A stretch of DNA of 64,000 nucleotides from an uncultured Gemmatimonadaceae bacterium (GTDB lineage Bacteria; Gemmatimonadota; Gemmatimonadetes; Gemmatimonadales; Gemmatimonadaceae): the NCBI GenBank assembly GCA_963716745.1, contig OY970320.1:1984001-2048000 (forward strand), in the 5' to 3' direction. Below are positions 28,257 through 40,884 of this stretch, piece after piece. Each line of letters begins with the position of its first letter. Within the stretch, counting starts at the first letter, position 1. The notes below the pieces were generated by a model, which had not been told where the DNA came from, searched no databases, and worked only from the letters and a program-made list of their open reading frames with translations. Made by a program: the position numbers and the translations under genes.

Positions 28257-29486
28257 TGTCACTGCCGGCGATCCACGCGACGGGCGTCTCGAAGAAGTAC
28301 GCGCTGGGCGGGCGCGTGCCGTACCTCACGCTGCGCGAGACGATCATGGCGGCGGCGCGGTTCAAGCGCCGCGCGCGGCGCGATGGCGCGCAGGAACATT
28401 GGGCGCTCAGAGACGTGAATTTCGAGGTCCAGCGCGGCGAGGTGGTGGGCATCATCGGGCGCAACGGCGCGGGAAAGAGCACGCTGCTCAAAGTGTTGTC
28501 GCGCATCACCGATCCGACCACGGGCCGCGTCGAGATCCGGGGGCGCGTCGCGTCATTGCTCGAGGTGGGCACCGGATTCCATCCGGAGCTCACCGGCCGC
28601 GAGAACGTCTCATTGAACGGCGCGATCCTCGGGCATGCGGCGCGCCGAGATCGCGCGGAAGTTCGACGAGATCGTGGCGTTCGCCGAAGTCGAGAAGTTC
28701 ATCGACACGCCGGTGAAGTACTACTCGAGCGGCATGTACCTGCGGCTCGCGTTCGCGGTCGCGGCGCATTTCGAATCCGAGATCCTGATCGTGGACGAGG
28801 TGCTCGCCGTGGGCGACCAGGCGTTCCAGCAGCGCTGCCTCGGCAAGATGGGCGAGGCCGCCAACTCCGGGCGCACGGTGCTGCTGGTGAGTCACAACAT
28901 GGCGGCGGTGGAGAGTCTGTGTGAGCGCGCCATGCTCCTGTCGGGCGGCACGATCGTGGCGGAGGGCCGCGTCGATGAGGTCGTGCGAAAATACGCGACG
29001 CGCGGCACCTCGGTGCTGGACGAGTCGCTCGCCGATCGCAGCGACCGGCGCGGGACCGGCGCTTTGCGCTTCGAGTCGCTGCGGATGTACGTGGAGGGCG
29101 GCGACGCGGATGGGTTGTTCTCGGGCTGCAATGCGGTCGTGCGGCTCGGCTATCGCGCGAATACGCCGGCGAGCCAACTGCACATCGCGATCTCCTTCCT
29201 GGATCAGCACGACCGAATGCTGTTCGCATGCGACAACACGCATGCGGGCGGCGCGCTGACCGTCGGAGATTCGGGGATCATCGAGTGTGCGATCCCGGAT
29301 CTCCCGCTCTCGCCGGGGAATTATCGCGTGAACCTGTGGGCGTACATCGCGGGCTCGGTCGCCGATCACGTGCAGCATGCGGCGGAATTCACCGTGTCGC
29401 CCGCCGACTTCTTCGGCACGGGGAAATTGCCCGACCATCCGAAGTTCGGCCCGTTCCTGGTCAGGCACCGGTGGACGAATGGGTGA
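28256..29486 (+). CDS. wzt: Polysaccharide ABC transporter ATPase with Wzt C-terminal domain, frameshifted near 28633
   Basis: [42 protein letters not shown] and LSPGNY C-terminal domain. Confidence 0.9.
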
Positions 29487-30202
29487 TCCGCCGGTGGGCA
29501 CGGACTATTTCATCAAGCCCGGCTATCGGCCGAACGAGGTTCGCGGCCCATCGGTCGACACGGAATATTGGAATGCGCGGCGCATCCAGCGCAGCGGATA
29601 CTTCCAGTACGGCACGTATCGCATCGCGCGCCGGCTGCTGCGCGGAGTGCAGGCCGCGCGGGTGCTCGACCTCGGGTGCGGCACCGGTGTGAAGGCGGCC
29701 GAGCTGCTGATCCCGCATTGCGCCTACTACTGCGGCCTGGACCAGCGCTCGGCGGTGGACTATTGCCGGAAGACGATCGCCGCGAAGCACGCCGAGTTCA
29801 GGGTCGAGGATCTCGAATCACCGGTCTCGCGGTTCGATGCGCCGTTCGATGTGATCGTGTGCGCCGACGTGATCGAGCATCTCGCGCATCCGGAGCGGTT
29901 GTTGCGGTACGCGGCGGCGCTGCTCGCGGAGGGCGGCCGGTTGATCGTCTCGACGCCCGAGCGGGACGTCATGCACGGCCGCGACGTGCTCGTCTCTCCG
30001 AATCCGGAGCATGTGCGTGAGTGGAATCGCGCGGAACTCGGCGCGTTCATGCGCGCATGCGGATTGCGCGTGCTGGACCTGCGGCTCGCTCCGCAATTCC
30101 GCCTCGCGTTGACGGCCACCGGCTCTGAATCTCCTGAAGAACCAATTGAGCAATCCGCGGGCGTACTTGGGCTGCCAAGTGGCGCTCTGCGCGCGGTCAT
30201 GA
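29479..30202 (+). CDS. Class I SAM methyltransferase (3' indel)
   Basis: VLDLGCGTG, FDVIVCADVIEHL and HVREW. Confidence 0.85.
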
Positions 30203-31188
30203 CGCCCGACGCGGGGGCAGCCCGCTCGCGTTCCCCGCCATGTTCCGCGACCCGCGGAGTGGCGGCGCGCTCACACGGTCAGGCGATCATCTCGTTGGCG
30301 ATCGCGGAGAGATCGCGCGCTTCCTCTCGGGCATCTGGCGATTCGTGGATCCCGAGAAGAACTACGCGCGCAGCTTCGGCCTGCAATGGAATCACTGGCA
30401 CGACGTGTTGAGCGACGCGCGTCGCACCGACCGGGCGAAGTTCTCGATCTCGTCATGGAGCGCAGCCACTTCGATCGCTACGAGCTCGTCCGGGAAACGG
30501 ATCCTCGAATGCGGGATGGGGGGCGGCGACGATACCGAGGTGCTGCTGCAACTTCCGTTCGCGGAGATCTACAGTTTCGACCTGAGCACGTCGGTCGAAC
30601 GTGCGGCCGCCTATCTGTCGGATCGAACGGTTGACGATCTTCCAGGCGTCGATCCTCGAGATCCCCGTTCCCGACGAATCGTTCGACGTGGTCTACTGCC
30701 ACCGCGTGCTGCAGCACACGCCCGACCCGCTGGCGTCGCTGCGATCGATCATGAGGAAGGTCGCGCCGGGCGGGCTGCTGTTCGCGCACTGCTATCAGCG
30801 CTCACCGGAACGAATGAAGGACTTCAAGTACAAGTACCGGCCGCTCACGACGCGCATCCCGCCTGAATGGGTGCTCTGGTACGTCGAGACCATGGGACCC
30901 AGCCTTCGTGCGCTCTCGAAATTGCTCGATCGCGGCGGGAAACGGGCGCGGCGTTTCCGGGAGCACTGGGTCCCGCTTCGGTGCTATTATGCCTACGGTT
31001 CGCTCAGCGAGGCCGGGCTCGCCGAGTTGAGCGAACATGACACGTTCGATGCGCTGACGCCGAAGTACGATCTGCCGCTGACCCAGGATGAATTCTACGG
31101 CGAGATCGAGCGCGCCGGTTTTCGGATCGAGAACCGTCAGGATAACCTGCGAGGTCCTCTCTGGTGTACCGCTGTCCGCTCCCGCTGA
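30199..31188 (+). CDS. Class I SAM methyltransferase, frameshifted
   Basis: NYARSFGLQWN, ILECGMGGG, FDVVYCHRVLQHTPDP and DTFDALTPKYD. Confidence 0.8.
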
Positions 31189-31225
31189 CCGCCGATAGCA
31201 CGATCACGTCCGGCATGGGCAGCAC

Positions 31226-33067
31226 ATGTGCGGCATAGCGGGCATCTGGGCGGAAGCCCGCGGTGCGGCGGAATCAACGCGCCGCATGGTCGGCGTGCTC
31301 TCGAACCGCGGACCGGACGGGCATGACCTGAAGGTGCTGGACGATGGTCGCCTCGCGCTGGGCCAGGCGCGGCTGGCGATCATCGATCTCTCGCCCACCG
31401 GCGCACAGCCAATGATGCGCGGCGCCGATCTCTGCATCACGTACAACGGCGAGATCTACAACTACAAGGCGCTTCGCGGCGAACTCGAGGCGAAAGGGCA
31501 TCGGTTCGAGTCGACATCCGACACGGAAGTGATCCTCGCGGGATACCAGCAGTGGGGCGAGGCGATGCTCGATCGCCTCGATGGGATCTTCGCGTTCGCA
31601 CTCTGGGATGAGCAGCGCCGGCGCCTCTGGCTCGCGCGCGACCACCTCGGCGTGAAGCCGCTGTACTATCGGCGCGACGGAAGCACGTTCGCGTTCGCAT
31701 CCGAACCGCGCGCGCTGCTGGAGATCCTGGGCCGCGATCCATCGCCGGATCGCGGTGCGATCCATGACTATCTGTCGTACGGATACATAGGCGGCGCCCG
31801 GTCGGCGTTCGCGGGGATCGCGAAGCTGCCTGCCGGGCACTCGCTCGCATTCGAGAACAGGTCGGTATGCGTTCGTCGATTCTGGGATCCTGCGCAATTC
31901 GCCGGCGAGCGCTTCTGCGATGAGAACGAGGCAGTACTCGAGACGCGACGCGTGCTCGATGTATCGGCCGCCGCCCAGCTCGAGAGCGATGTGCCGGTGG
32001 GGCTGTTGGTGAGCGGCGGCATCGACTCGAGCGCCGTCGCATCCAGCGCGTCGCGGGCGCGGGCCGGCATGAAAGGATTCGTGATCGGCTTCGACAGCCC
32101 GGAGCATGATGAACGGGCATTCGCCCGACAACTCGCGCAGGGTTGCGGCATCGACCTTGTCGAGCGCGTCGTGGCCGCTGGGCAAGGCGATGCGCTCATC
32201 GGCGAGATGGCGAGCGCCTATGACGAACCGCTCGCGGACACATCGACGCTGCCCTGCCTTGCGCTCTTCCGCCTGGTGCGGGAAAACAATTTCAAAGTCG
32301 TGCTCGGCGGAGATGGCGGAGATGAATTGTTCAGTGGGTATCGGCGCTACGATCGTTTGGCGGATGCGGAAGGCGGGTCACAGGCGCCGTGGCCGGTGAA
32401 GCTCGTGGGGGCGCAGAGCGCGCGGCAGGCGTTCCGGATCGCGTCGCGGCCGGCACGATACCCGGGCAGCGCATGGCGTACGTACTACCAGAACATCCGG
32501 CTATTTTCCGTCGAGCAGCAGCGGTCGTTGCTGGCGCCCGAATGGCGGCCCCGCGATGAGGACGAACTCACGTGGCAGTTCCGTGAGTTCTGGAATGACG
32601 ATCTCGATACGGTGAAGGCGGCGCAGTTGTACGATCTGCAGACGTATCTGCCCAATGACATCCTCACGAAGGTCGACCGGTCATCAATGTATTTCGGCGT
32701 GGAGGCGCGCGTGCCATTGCTCTCGCGGAAGATGGTGGAACTCTCCCTCGGTACATCCACGCGCCTTCACCGGCGCGGCGGCCGCCGCAAGAACATCCTG
32801 AAGAACGCGATCCGTTCGCGCGTACCGGACGAGTTGCTCTCGGACCGCAAGCGCGGATTCAGCCTTCCGCTGGAGACAACGATCGGGCCGAAGCTCCGCG
32901 AGTGGGCCGGCGGCATGGCGAGCGCGGCCATCGTGCGGGACGGGTTGGTCGACTCGTCGCGCGGCGCCTGGACATCCGCGAATCTCGACCAGTTGTGGGC
33001 GCTCTTCGTGCTCGAATCGTGGTGGGTGCGCTGGTTGAAGCGACCTGCGACGGCGACGGCGCGATGA
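31226..33067 (+). CDS. asnB: Asparagine synthase (glutamine-hydrolysing)-family amidotransferase 1
   Basis: MCGIAG, RGPD, NGEIYN, SGGIDSS, GGDGGDELFSGY and DRSSM; intact. Confidence 0.93.
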   Translation: MCGIAGIWAEARGAAESTRRMVGVLSNRGPDGHDLKVLDDGRLALGQARLAIIDLSPTGAQPMMRGADLCITYNGEIYNYKALRGELEAKGHRFESTSDTEVILAGYQQWGEAMLDRLDGIFAFALWDEQRRRLWLARDHLGVKPLYYRRDGSTFAFASEPRALLEILGRDPSPDRGAIHDYLSYGYIGGARSAFAGIAKLPAGHSLAFENRSVCVRRFWDPAQFAGERFCDENEAVLETRRVLDVSAAAQLESDVPVGLLVSGGIDSSAVASSASRARAGMKGFVIGFDSPEHDERAFARQLAQGCGIDLVERVVAAGQGDALIGEMASAYDEPLADTSTLPCLALFRLVRENNFKVVLGGDGGDELFSGYRRYDRLADAEGGSQAPWPVKLVGAQSARQAFRIASRPARYPGSAWRTYYQNIRLFSVEQQRSLLAPEWRPRDEDELTWQFREFWNDDLDTVKAAQLYDLQTYLPNDILTKVDRSSMYFGVEARVPLLSRKMVELSLGTSTRLHRRGGRRKNILKNAIRSRVPDELLSDRKRGFSLPLETTIGPKLREWAGGMASAAIVRDGLVDSSRGAWTSANLDQLWALFVLESWWVRWLKRPATATAR

Positions 33068-33902
33068 CGGTGAACTCCGATGCGTTGACGATCGTGGTCC
33101 GCAGCGCGGACGAGCGGACCGAGGGACTCTGCGTGTCCACGATCAGGTCGCAGACCAATGCGGAGCTGCACGTCGTGCGCGAGCGTCCCGTTCCTCGCCG
33201 CGCTGCGCAGCTCGGTGAGGATCGGCATGAAGGCCGGCCGCGAGTTCACGCTGTGCGTGGACGCCGACGTGATCCTCGCGCCGGGGGCGATCGCTCGAAT
33301 GATCGGTCTCCTCACCTCGGCGCCGGATGCGTTCTTCGCGGGCGGGCTCTGGTGATGGATCGGTACTACGGGAGACCGAAGTCTCGCGGCGTGCACCTCT
33401 ATCGGACCCGCTTCCTGGCCGAGGCGGAGAAAGCGATCACCGATTCCGAGTCGGTCGAACGACCCGAGACTGAAATGAAACTCGTGCTGTTCGCGCGCGG
33501 GCGAACGAGCCAGCATGTGGGCGACCGGCTGCTCGGCCTGCACGGATTCGGGCAGTACTATCGCGATGTGTTCCGCACGATCGCGTGCCGGGGCCAGAAG
33601 AGTCCGGAAGAGTTCCAGCCGTTGATGGAGCGATTCTCTCGTCGGCGCGGGGCGGGATGTCGACCTGCGCGTCGCGATGTGGGCATTGATCGAGAGTTTG
33701 GACAGCGATTTCTCGCTGGACGCCGGCCAGTGGCGCGGCCACTTCGCGCGAATCCGAGGAGGCGACCGGGCTTACGGAGAAGGCGGAGATGACGCCGTCG
33801 GAGGCCGCGAGCCTCAAACGTTTGGCACAGCTATCGGCGGCGCCGCCGATGAGTTGGTGGCCATATCTCCGCCGATTCCGGCGCGTGGGGCGCACGGGCT
33901 AG
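33064..33902 (+). CDS. GT2-like hypothetical protein, frameshifted
   Basis: LTIVVRSADERT and DxD motif CVDADVIL; fragments in three frames. Confidence 0.5.
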
Positions 33903-35037
33903 GTCGCACGGCGCTCAGTCCTCCGCATTGCTGCTCGAGTAGGCGGCAGGCCGTCCGATCGGAGATCCTGCGCGAAACGGGACAGGCCACAATTCGGCTC
34001 TATTCGCGGGACCAGCCACCGATCGCTCGCCGCGTCGGCGACGCCCGACTTGGTCGTGAAGCCGAGGCGATAACCGGCCGTCCTCAGCTCCGCGGCCGAT
34101 CCTTCCGTGGCATCTCCGTTGGGGTAGGCGAAGAAACGGCAGTCCCGCCCGCTCATTTGTTCGATCCGCTGCTTCGAGACCGATAACTCGGCGGCGCGAA
34201 CCGCGGCCGGCTGATCCGCATGGTGGATCTCGTGATCGACGCCATGACTCCCGATCTCGACCCCCGAAGCGGCCAACTCACGCACTTGGGTGGCCGTCAT
34301 GCTGCGCAGCGAAGGGAAATTTGCTGAGCAGGCGCCGGGATTCTTCTGCCGGGAACTGGGAGCGAAGCGCGCTCATCGCGCGAACGCGGTCGGCAGCGGG
34401 TAGCGACTTGAATGGCTGCGCAGTGCTCGGAACGCGATCTCGCGCTCGGTACGGGATCCGAGCGGCCAGTGCCGGTCGAACAGTTCCAGCCGCGCGCGAA
34501 TTGCCATGCAGCAGCAACATCGACAACTCCGCGGTCCAAATGGTGGTGCCGGCGTCCACGGGGCCGGTCGTTACGAAGACGGCCCACGGCAACCTCGCCG
34601 CCGCGAGCAGCTCGGCGGCGTAGAGATTGTTCGCGTATCCGTCGTCGAACGTGATCGCGACGGTCGTGCCTCGTTGCGGAACGCGCCTCTCCTCCAGCAT
34701 TGACGCCAGTTCGCCCAGCGGGATGACGCGAAGCCGGCGCAGGAGCGCGAGCTGCACGCGGAAATCCGGCGTCACGAGGAAATTGCGTTCAAGCAGTTGG
34801 ATCATCGAAGCGATCGACGATCCCATGGAAGAAGAGCACATGCACGCCACGAGAGGCGCGATTGCGCAGCGTGATCGCGCTGACGCGGACGCCGAGGGCG
34901 AGTTTGAGCGAGGCCAACCGGTCGGCGATCACGGCGCGCGCGCGCTCCACTGCTGTGAGTCGGCGGCGCACTCGATCGACGTTCAGTGCGATGCCCGTAC
35001 GGTAGATATCGAAGCGCCCGCGTTTCGCGGATGTCAC
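33899..35037 (-). CDS. Polysaccharide deacetylase (CE4/NodB), frameshifted
   Basis: VAITFDDGY, EIGSHGVDH and FAYPNG. Confidence 0.85.
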
Positions 35038-35965
35038 TTGCCTGCTGCACCTTGTACGCCTCGAGACCGTTCAGGAAATCGAATTCGTCAATGTCCGGGT
35101 CGGCCGCCGCGCGCGCGAGGAGGAAGCCGAGCAGGAGCTTCCCGGGGCTGCGCTCGATCGCGGGATCATAGCACGGCTTGTAGTAGTACTCGCGCCGCGC
35201 CCACCGGAATCCCGACGTGAGCCGCGATCAGGTCATCGCCCCACCACAATCCGTCGAGGTGCATCGCCTCTCGTCGCACTCAGCTCGGCGAGGAGCGCGA
35301 TGAGATACGCGCGCTCCTCGGGTCGTTCGAATTGGCTCTGCCGCGTTCTGCCCGCGCCATTCGCGAACATGGAGCGCCATGAATTGCTCGAGCAACGACA
35401 GCGTGAGCGCGGCGCCGGTCACGCGCTCATAGCGCAGCGGCCGGACGCGATCGAACCAGCGCCGATCGCCGCGATAGTGGCGCGTCTCGATCTTGTCCCG
35501 GCAGCGATCGAGCATTGGTCGCGTCAGGCGCGGGTGCGTGCGGGCCGAGCTCATCTGCGAGAGCGCGCCGCGGTACTGCGCCACGGGCACCGATGCCGGA
35601 ATGCGGCGCAGGATCAATCGCGACCAGTTTCCTTCGCGCCGAAGCCAGCTGAAGAAATCGTCCAGCTCGCTCGCGTGCTCCGGCGCGCAGAGAACATGAT
35701 TGTAGTCTCCGCGCTTATCGCCGAGCAGCCGCCAGATCCTTGGTGCGGAACGCTCGAAGTAGAATGGCGCGATGATCCGTGGCTCACCCTCCGCCGGCCA
35801 GACCGCGACGCGAAGCTCGCGGTCCGCGCCGAATGACCGCCACCACGCGGCGTAGAATTCCAGGCTGCCGAACACATCGTCGAAGCCCGATCGCGATAGG
35901 AGGCGCCCCCAGGCGGGCGCGAGCGGCGGCATCGCATCGAAGGACGTCACGAATCGCCCGGTCAC
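35034..35965 (-). CDS. GNAT-family (CelD/BcsL-like) acyltransferase, frameshifted
   Basis: AWWRSF, DYNHVL, LHVREW; C-terminal SPG.LL and EFDFL.G.EAYK in another frame. Confidence 0.75.
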
Positions 35966-36797
35966 TCGCTCAAGCCTCGAGCACGTAGTGGACGTGCGGA
36001 CATGTCAGCGCGATGCGGGCAACGTCCATGGCGCGGGGCTGTGTCCGCCCTGGTGCGGGCAGTGCGGTGCGCCAAGCCGGGTTCCTTGAACCGATTGCTT
36101 CCGTACACTGCTCGCACTTTCAAGCCGAGGCTGGATACGAGGCGGAGTTGGCGAAAGGGCGCGCGGTGGTAAAGGATCTGTTCGCCGAAGTCGTCGCGAT
36201 AGACGCCATATCCCGCTGCGAACGTCTGCGGTCGCTGCGCGAGCACGAAGTTCATCTTCCGTCGCCATTCAGCGGCGAGTCCGTTCCGCCGGACCTGCCC
36301 CAGCGCGCCGAGCCAATTGTGACCGCTGAAGTAGAGCACACCGCCCGGCCGCACGACGCGATGCATCTCACTGAGCGCCTGCCGGCGGAGCTGCGGAGGG
36401 GAAAATGCCGTCAATGCCGTTGAACGAGAAGAGCGCGGCGTCGAACGACCGATCGGCGAACGCGAGCGCGGCGGCGTCCATCTGGAGGATCTCAGCGTCG
36501 AGGGCTCGAGACCGGGTCGCGGCGACCATGTCCGGGGAATAGTCGATCGCGGTCACCCGGTAGCCTCGTTGCGCGAGGGCGGCGGTAGTGCGTCCGGCGC
36601 CGCAGCCGATGTCGAGGACCCGTGCGCCTGGACGGCGGGAAATGTGACTCGATAATGTGGAGTTCCGCCGGATACAGCTGCCTCATCGCGGCTCCAGACA
36701 TCCGCGACCGCCGTCCGGCTGAAATACGCACTGATTCCGGGCAGACTCGCTCACTGGATCGACTCGCTCGACGAATGGAGTGTTCGGCTATCCCCAT
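35962..36797 (-). CDS. Class I SAM methyltransferase, frameshifted
   Basis: VLDIGCGAGRT, IDYSPDMV, FSFNGID and RVVRPGG. Confidence 0.8.
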
Positions 36798-36858
36798 CGA
36801 AGTGTACTTCTCGCACGTGCGGCGGGCGAGCGCTATCTCTTAGATTAGTCGATTGAAA

Positions 36859-36880
36859 ATCCCCGGCACTATCCCCGGCA
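36859..36880. promoter_or_regulatory. Direct repeat in a divergent promoter region
   Basis: ATCCCCGGCA-ct-ATCCCCGGCA next to an AT-rich patch. Confidence 0.35.
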
Positions 36881-36892
36881 ACTCCGCGTGAC

Positions 36893-37893
36893 ATGCGCAT
36901 CTTCTTGCTCGGAGTCACATCACAACCGGAGACGTTCCTCGAGCAGAAATTCGAGGCTTTCCGGCGAGCCGGCATCGACTTGGCCGTGTCGTCGCGCGTC
37001 GATGAGCGGCGTGATCCGACGCTTCCGTCCAGACATCATCCACTTCGAGTGGAATTCCGCCGCGATCAATGCACTTCCGCGGCGTGCGGTCTGGGAGTAT
37101 CCGGTGGTCGTCAGCTGCCGCGGCACGCAGATCCGGATCCGCCCGCACGTCACGCCCGGATACTCCGATGCCCTGCTCGAGACGTTCGTGCGCGCGAGCG
37201 CGGTGCATTGTGTGTGCGAGACGATCCGCGACGAGGCCGTCGCGCTTGGGCTCGACCCGAGCGAAGGCCGAGGTGATCTTCCCGGCGTCGATGAGCGGCG
37301 GTTCGCACCCGTCGCACGGACAGCCACTAACGGTCCCGTGCGGATCGTCGCCGTGGGCTCGCTGATCTGGACGAAAGGCTACGAGTACGCGCTGCTCACC
37401 CTGCGCGCGTTGGTTGATCGCGGCGTGGATGCCACGCTCGAGATCATCGGCGACGGCAACGAGCGCCAGCGCGTGCTGTTCACCATGCGCGATCTGGGTC
37501 TCGCCGATCGCGTCACGCTGCGGCTCACGGTGCCGCCGGCGCAAGTCCGCGAGGCAATGCAGCGCGCCGACATCTTCCTGCATTCGAGTCTGAGCGAAGG
37601 GATCTCCAATGCCGCGCTCGAGGCGATGGCGTGCGGACTGCCGGTGGTGACGACCGATGCCGGCGGGATGCGTGAGGCGGTGCGGGACGGACACGACGGC
37701 TTCGTGGTCCCTCTGCGTGATCCGGCCGCCGCCGCGAACGCCGTGGAACGACTCGCGCGCGATCCCGAGCTCCGCGCCCGCATGGGACGCGCCGGCCGCG
37801 CGACGGTCGAATCGAAGTTCCGCCTCGACGACCAGATCGCGCGCTTCATCGCCCTCTACGAACGCGTGGCCGCGCGCTCACGTGGCCGCCTAG
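36893..37893 (+). CDS. GT4 glycosyltransferase, frameshifted
   Basis: PDIIHFEW, KGYEY and SEGISNAALEAMACGLPVV. Confidence 0.85.
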
Positions 37894-37895
37894 AA

Positions 37896-39763
37896 ATGTG
37901 CGGCATCTGCGGCGTGCTCACTCCCGACGGCGCCGCGGCATCGCCGGAATTCGCGTTCGCGGTCGCGAAGATGTCGCAACTCATGGCGCGACGCGGACCT
38001 GACTCGCACGGCGCCTGGGTGGACGACCGCGGGCTTCGCGCGCTTCGGATTTCGCCGGCTTGCGGTGATCGATACCTCGAGCGCCGCGCGATCAACCAAT
38101 GCTCAGCGCCGATGGTCGGTCGGCCATCGTCATGAACGGCGAGATCTACAATTTTCGCGAGCTGCGCGCGGAACTCGAATCGCTCGGCCGCCACTTCCGC
38201 ACGAAGTCGGACACGGAGGTGCTGCTCGCCGCCCTCCACCAGTGGGGACACGACGCGCTCGCACGCCTGAACGGCATGTTCGCGTTCGCCTGGTACGACG
38301 CCGAGCATCGCACACTGCTGCTCGCGCGCGATCACGCCGGGATCAAGCCGCTCTCGTACTTCGTGCATCCCGGTGGCGGCGGCATCGCATTCGCATCGCG
38401 CTACGATGCGCTGCTGCATACCCCATGGGGGCGGCCGGGAGGCATCGATCGCGAGACGCTCGCGCTGTACCTCCGTCTGCAGCATCTGCCCGCGCCCTAC
38501 GCGCTGCTCGAGAACACGCACCAGCTCGAGCCCGGCCACTCGCTCACGGTGAGCGCTGACGGCCGGACCGAGAAACGCTGCTGGTGGCAACATGCCGCGC
38601 GACCCGGCGCCCGACCTTCGCGGCGCGGCCGCGATCGATGCGCTCGGCGGCGCGCTCGAGAATGCGGTGCGGCGCAACCGGATCGCCGATGTGCCGCTCG
38701 GCGTGTTCCTCTCGGGCGGAGTCGATTCGCCGTTGATCTCGGCGGTCGCGCGCGAACAGGCGGGACCGGAATTGCAGGCGTTCACGATCGCGAACCCGGG
38801 CTGGCGGCAGGACGAGGGACCGGACGCCGAGCGATATGCGCGCACGTTGGGAGTTCAGCTCGTCAAGCACGATGCGACGGCGAGCGAAGCGCTCGCCGCC
38901 GTGAGCGACGTTCGCGAGGCGCAGTACGAGCCATTCGCGCGATTTCTCGATCCTGCCGACACTGCTCGTGAGCCGTCTCGCACGCGAGCGCGCGACGGTC
39001 GCGCTGAGCGGGGATGGCGGGGATGAGTTGTTCTTCGGCTATGAACGGCCGGTCTCATTGCTGCAGCGAGTGGACGGGATTTTCGGCTTCCCTGGCTCGC
39101 GCGCATCGCGAAGTACGCGATCTCGGCGCGCGGCCACCGGCCGTCGGCCATCGGATGTGATCGTGCACCGGACTGCCGGGGACTACTACTTCAGCGTCAA
39201 TTCCCGCATGAGCGCGGCGACCGTCAGGCAGCATCGCGCCCTCGCTCAGCACGATACCGGACGATTTCGATCTCTATGAGTCGGGGCCATATCGCGATCC
39301 GTTGCAACTCGCCAATTTCTCACGACGCGCGGAGTTCGAGGGGCAGCTGCAGCGCGGGCTGAAGAAGGTGGACATGGCGAGCATGCATCACAGTCTCGAG
39401 GTGCGCGTGCCGATGCTGGATCGCGAGGTGATCGAGGTGAGCCTGCGAATCGATCCGTTCGAGAACCTTCGCGACGGCGCGCGGAAGGCAGTGCTGCGCG
39501 ACCTCCTCGCCCGGCACGTGCCGAGGGAGATCATCCCCGCGGCGAAGCGTGGGTTCGCGGTGCCGCTCGGCGATTGGCTCCGTGGCCCGCTCAAGGATAC
39601 GGCGCAACAGGCGCTATTCGCGCCGGCACTGATGGGCACCGGCCTCTTCGAGAAGAAGCGGATCAATGCGTATTGGAAGCAGCATCTCAGTGGGCAGCAC
39701 GACCACAAGTGGGGCATTTGGACACTGATGACGCTCTCGTGGTGGCTGGAGCGCAACGCGTGA
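37896..39763 (+). CDS. asnB: AsnB-family amidotransferase 2, several frameshifts
   Basis: MCGICG, RGPD, NGEIYN, SGGVDS, SGDGGDELFFGY and SLEVRVP. Confidence 0.85.
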
Positions 39764-40884
39764 GCGCTCCGGTGAAGATCCTCTTCACGATCCCGAATTT
39801 CATCACGGCCGGCTCCGGCCGCGCGATGCTCAACGTCGTCGAGCGACTGGACCGCACGAAGTTCGAACCGAGCATCGCCGTGCTCAAGCGCGGCGGAAAG
39901 CTGGAGGCGGAGATCGAGCGCCGGGGGATCTCGCTGCTCGAACTTCAGTTCACGTTGAACGCGCGTCCGTACCACACACTGCGCGGGCGCGTGAGTGCGG
40001 CCGCCGCGCCATTCAAAGAGCATGGCTTTGCGCTCTGGCATTCGTTCCACTACGCCGATGATTATACGGAGCCGCTAATCGCGCGCGCGGCGGGAGCGCG
40101 CGGGTGGATCTACACCAAGAAGAACATGAACTGGCACGCACGCGCTTGGCACCTGCGATCGCTGCTCGCCCGGCGCATCGCCGCGCAGAACACGGACATG
40201 ATGCGTGAATTCTTCGCCGGCATCGCGTACCGGGCGAAGACGCGGCTCGTGCCACGCGGCGTGGATGTGGCCGCGTTCTCGCCGAGCGTGCCGGCGCGGC
40301 TCAAGCTGCGCGAGCAACTCGGAATTCCGGCGAGCGCGACGGTGGTCACGAGCGTGGCGCAGCTACTGCCGGTGAAAGGGCACCCGGTGCTCATTCTCGC
40401 GGCGGCGTCGGTGAAGAACACGCACCTGCTGCTCGCGGGCGGCGACGAGAAGTCCGAATACGCCGATTCACTGCGCGGACAGGTGAAACGCCACGGGGTC
40501 GGCGACCGCGTGCACTTCCTGGGCCGCGTGGACGACGTGCCCGCATTGCTCGCTGAGACGGACATTTTCGCGCTCGCCACGCGCGCGCAGGGACATGAGG
40601 AGGGCTGCCCGGTGGCGCTGCTCGAGGCGATGGCCGCGGGGCGCGCCTGCATCGCGACCGACGTCGCCGGTTCGCGCGATCTTCTCACGAACGGCCAGAG
40701 CGGCGTGCTCGTGCCCTCCGGCGATCCGCTGGCCATGGGCCAGGCGATCGATCGATTCGCGCAGAACGCGGGGGAGCGCCGGCGGTTCGGTCACGCCGCG
40801 CTCACGCGGGTGATCGAGAAGTTCACGATCGACCACGAGGTGCGCGCGCACGAGTCGCTCTATGCGGAGGCGCTCAACGCGTGA
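39760..40884 (+). CDS. GT4 glycosyltransferase
   Basis: KGHPVLI and EGCPVALLEAMAAG; intact. Confidence 0.88.
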   Translation: MSAPVKILFTIPNFITAGSGRAMLNVVERLDRTKFEPSIAVLKRGGKLEAEIERRGISLLELQFTLNARPYHTLRGRVSAAAAPFKEHGFALWHSFHYADDYTEPLIARAAGARGWIYTKKNMNWHARAWHLRSLLARRIAAQNTDMMREFFAGIAYRAKTRLVPRGVDVAAFSPSVPARLKLREQLGIPASATVVTSVAQLLPVKGHPVLILAAASVKNTHLLLAGGDEKSEYADSLRGQVKRHGVGDRVHFLGRVDDVPALLAETDIFALATRAQGHEEGCPVALLEAMAAGRACIATDVAGSRDLLTNGQSGVLVPSGDPLAMGQAIDRFAQNAGERRRFGHAALTRVIEKFTIDHEVRAHESLYAEALNA

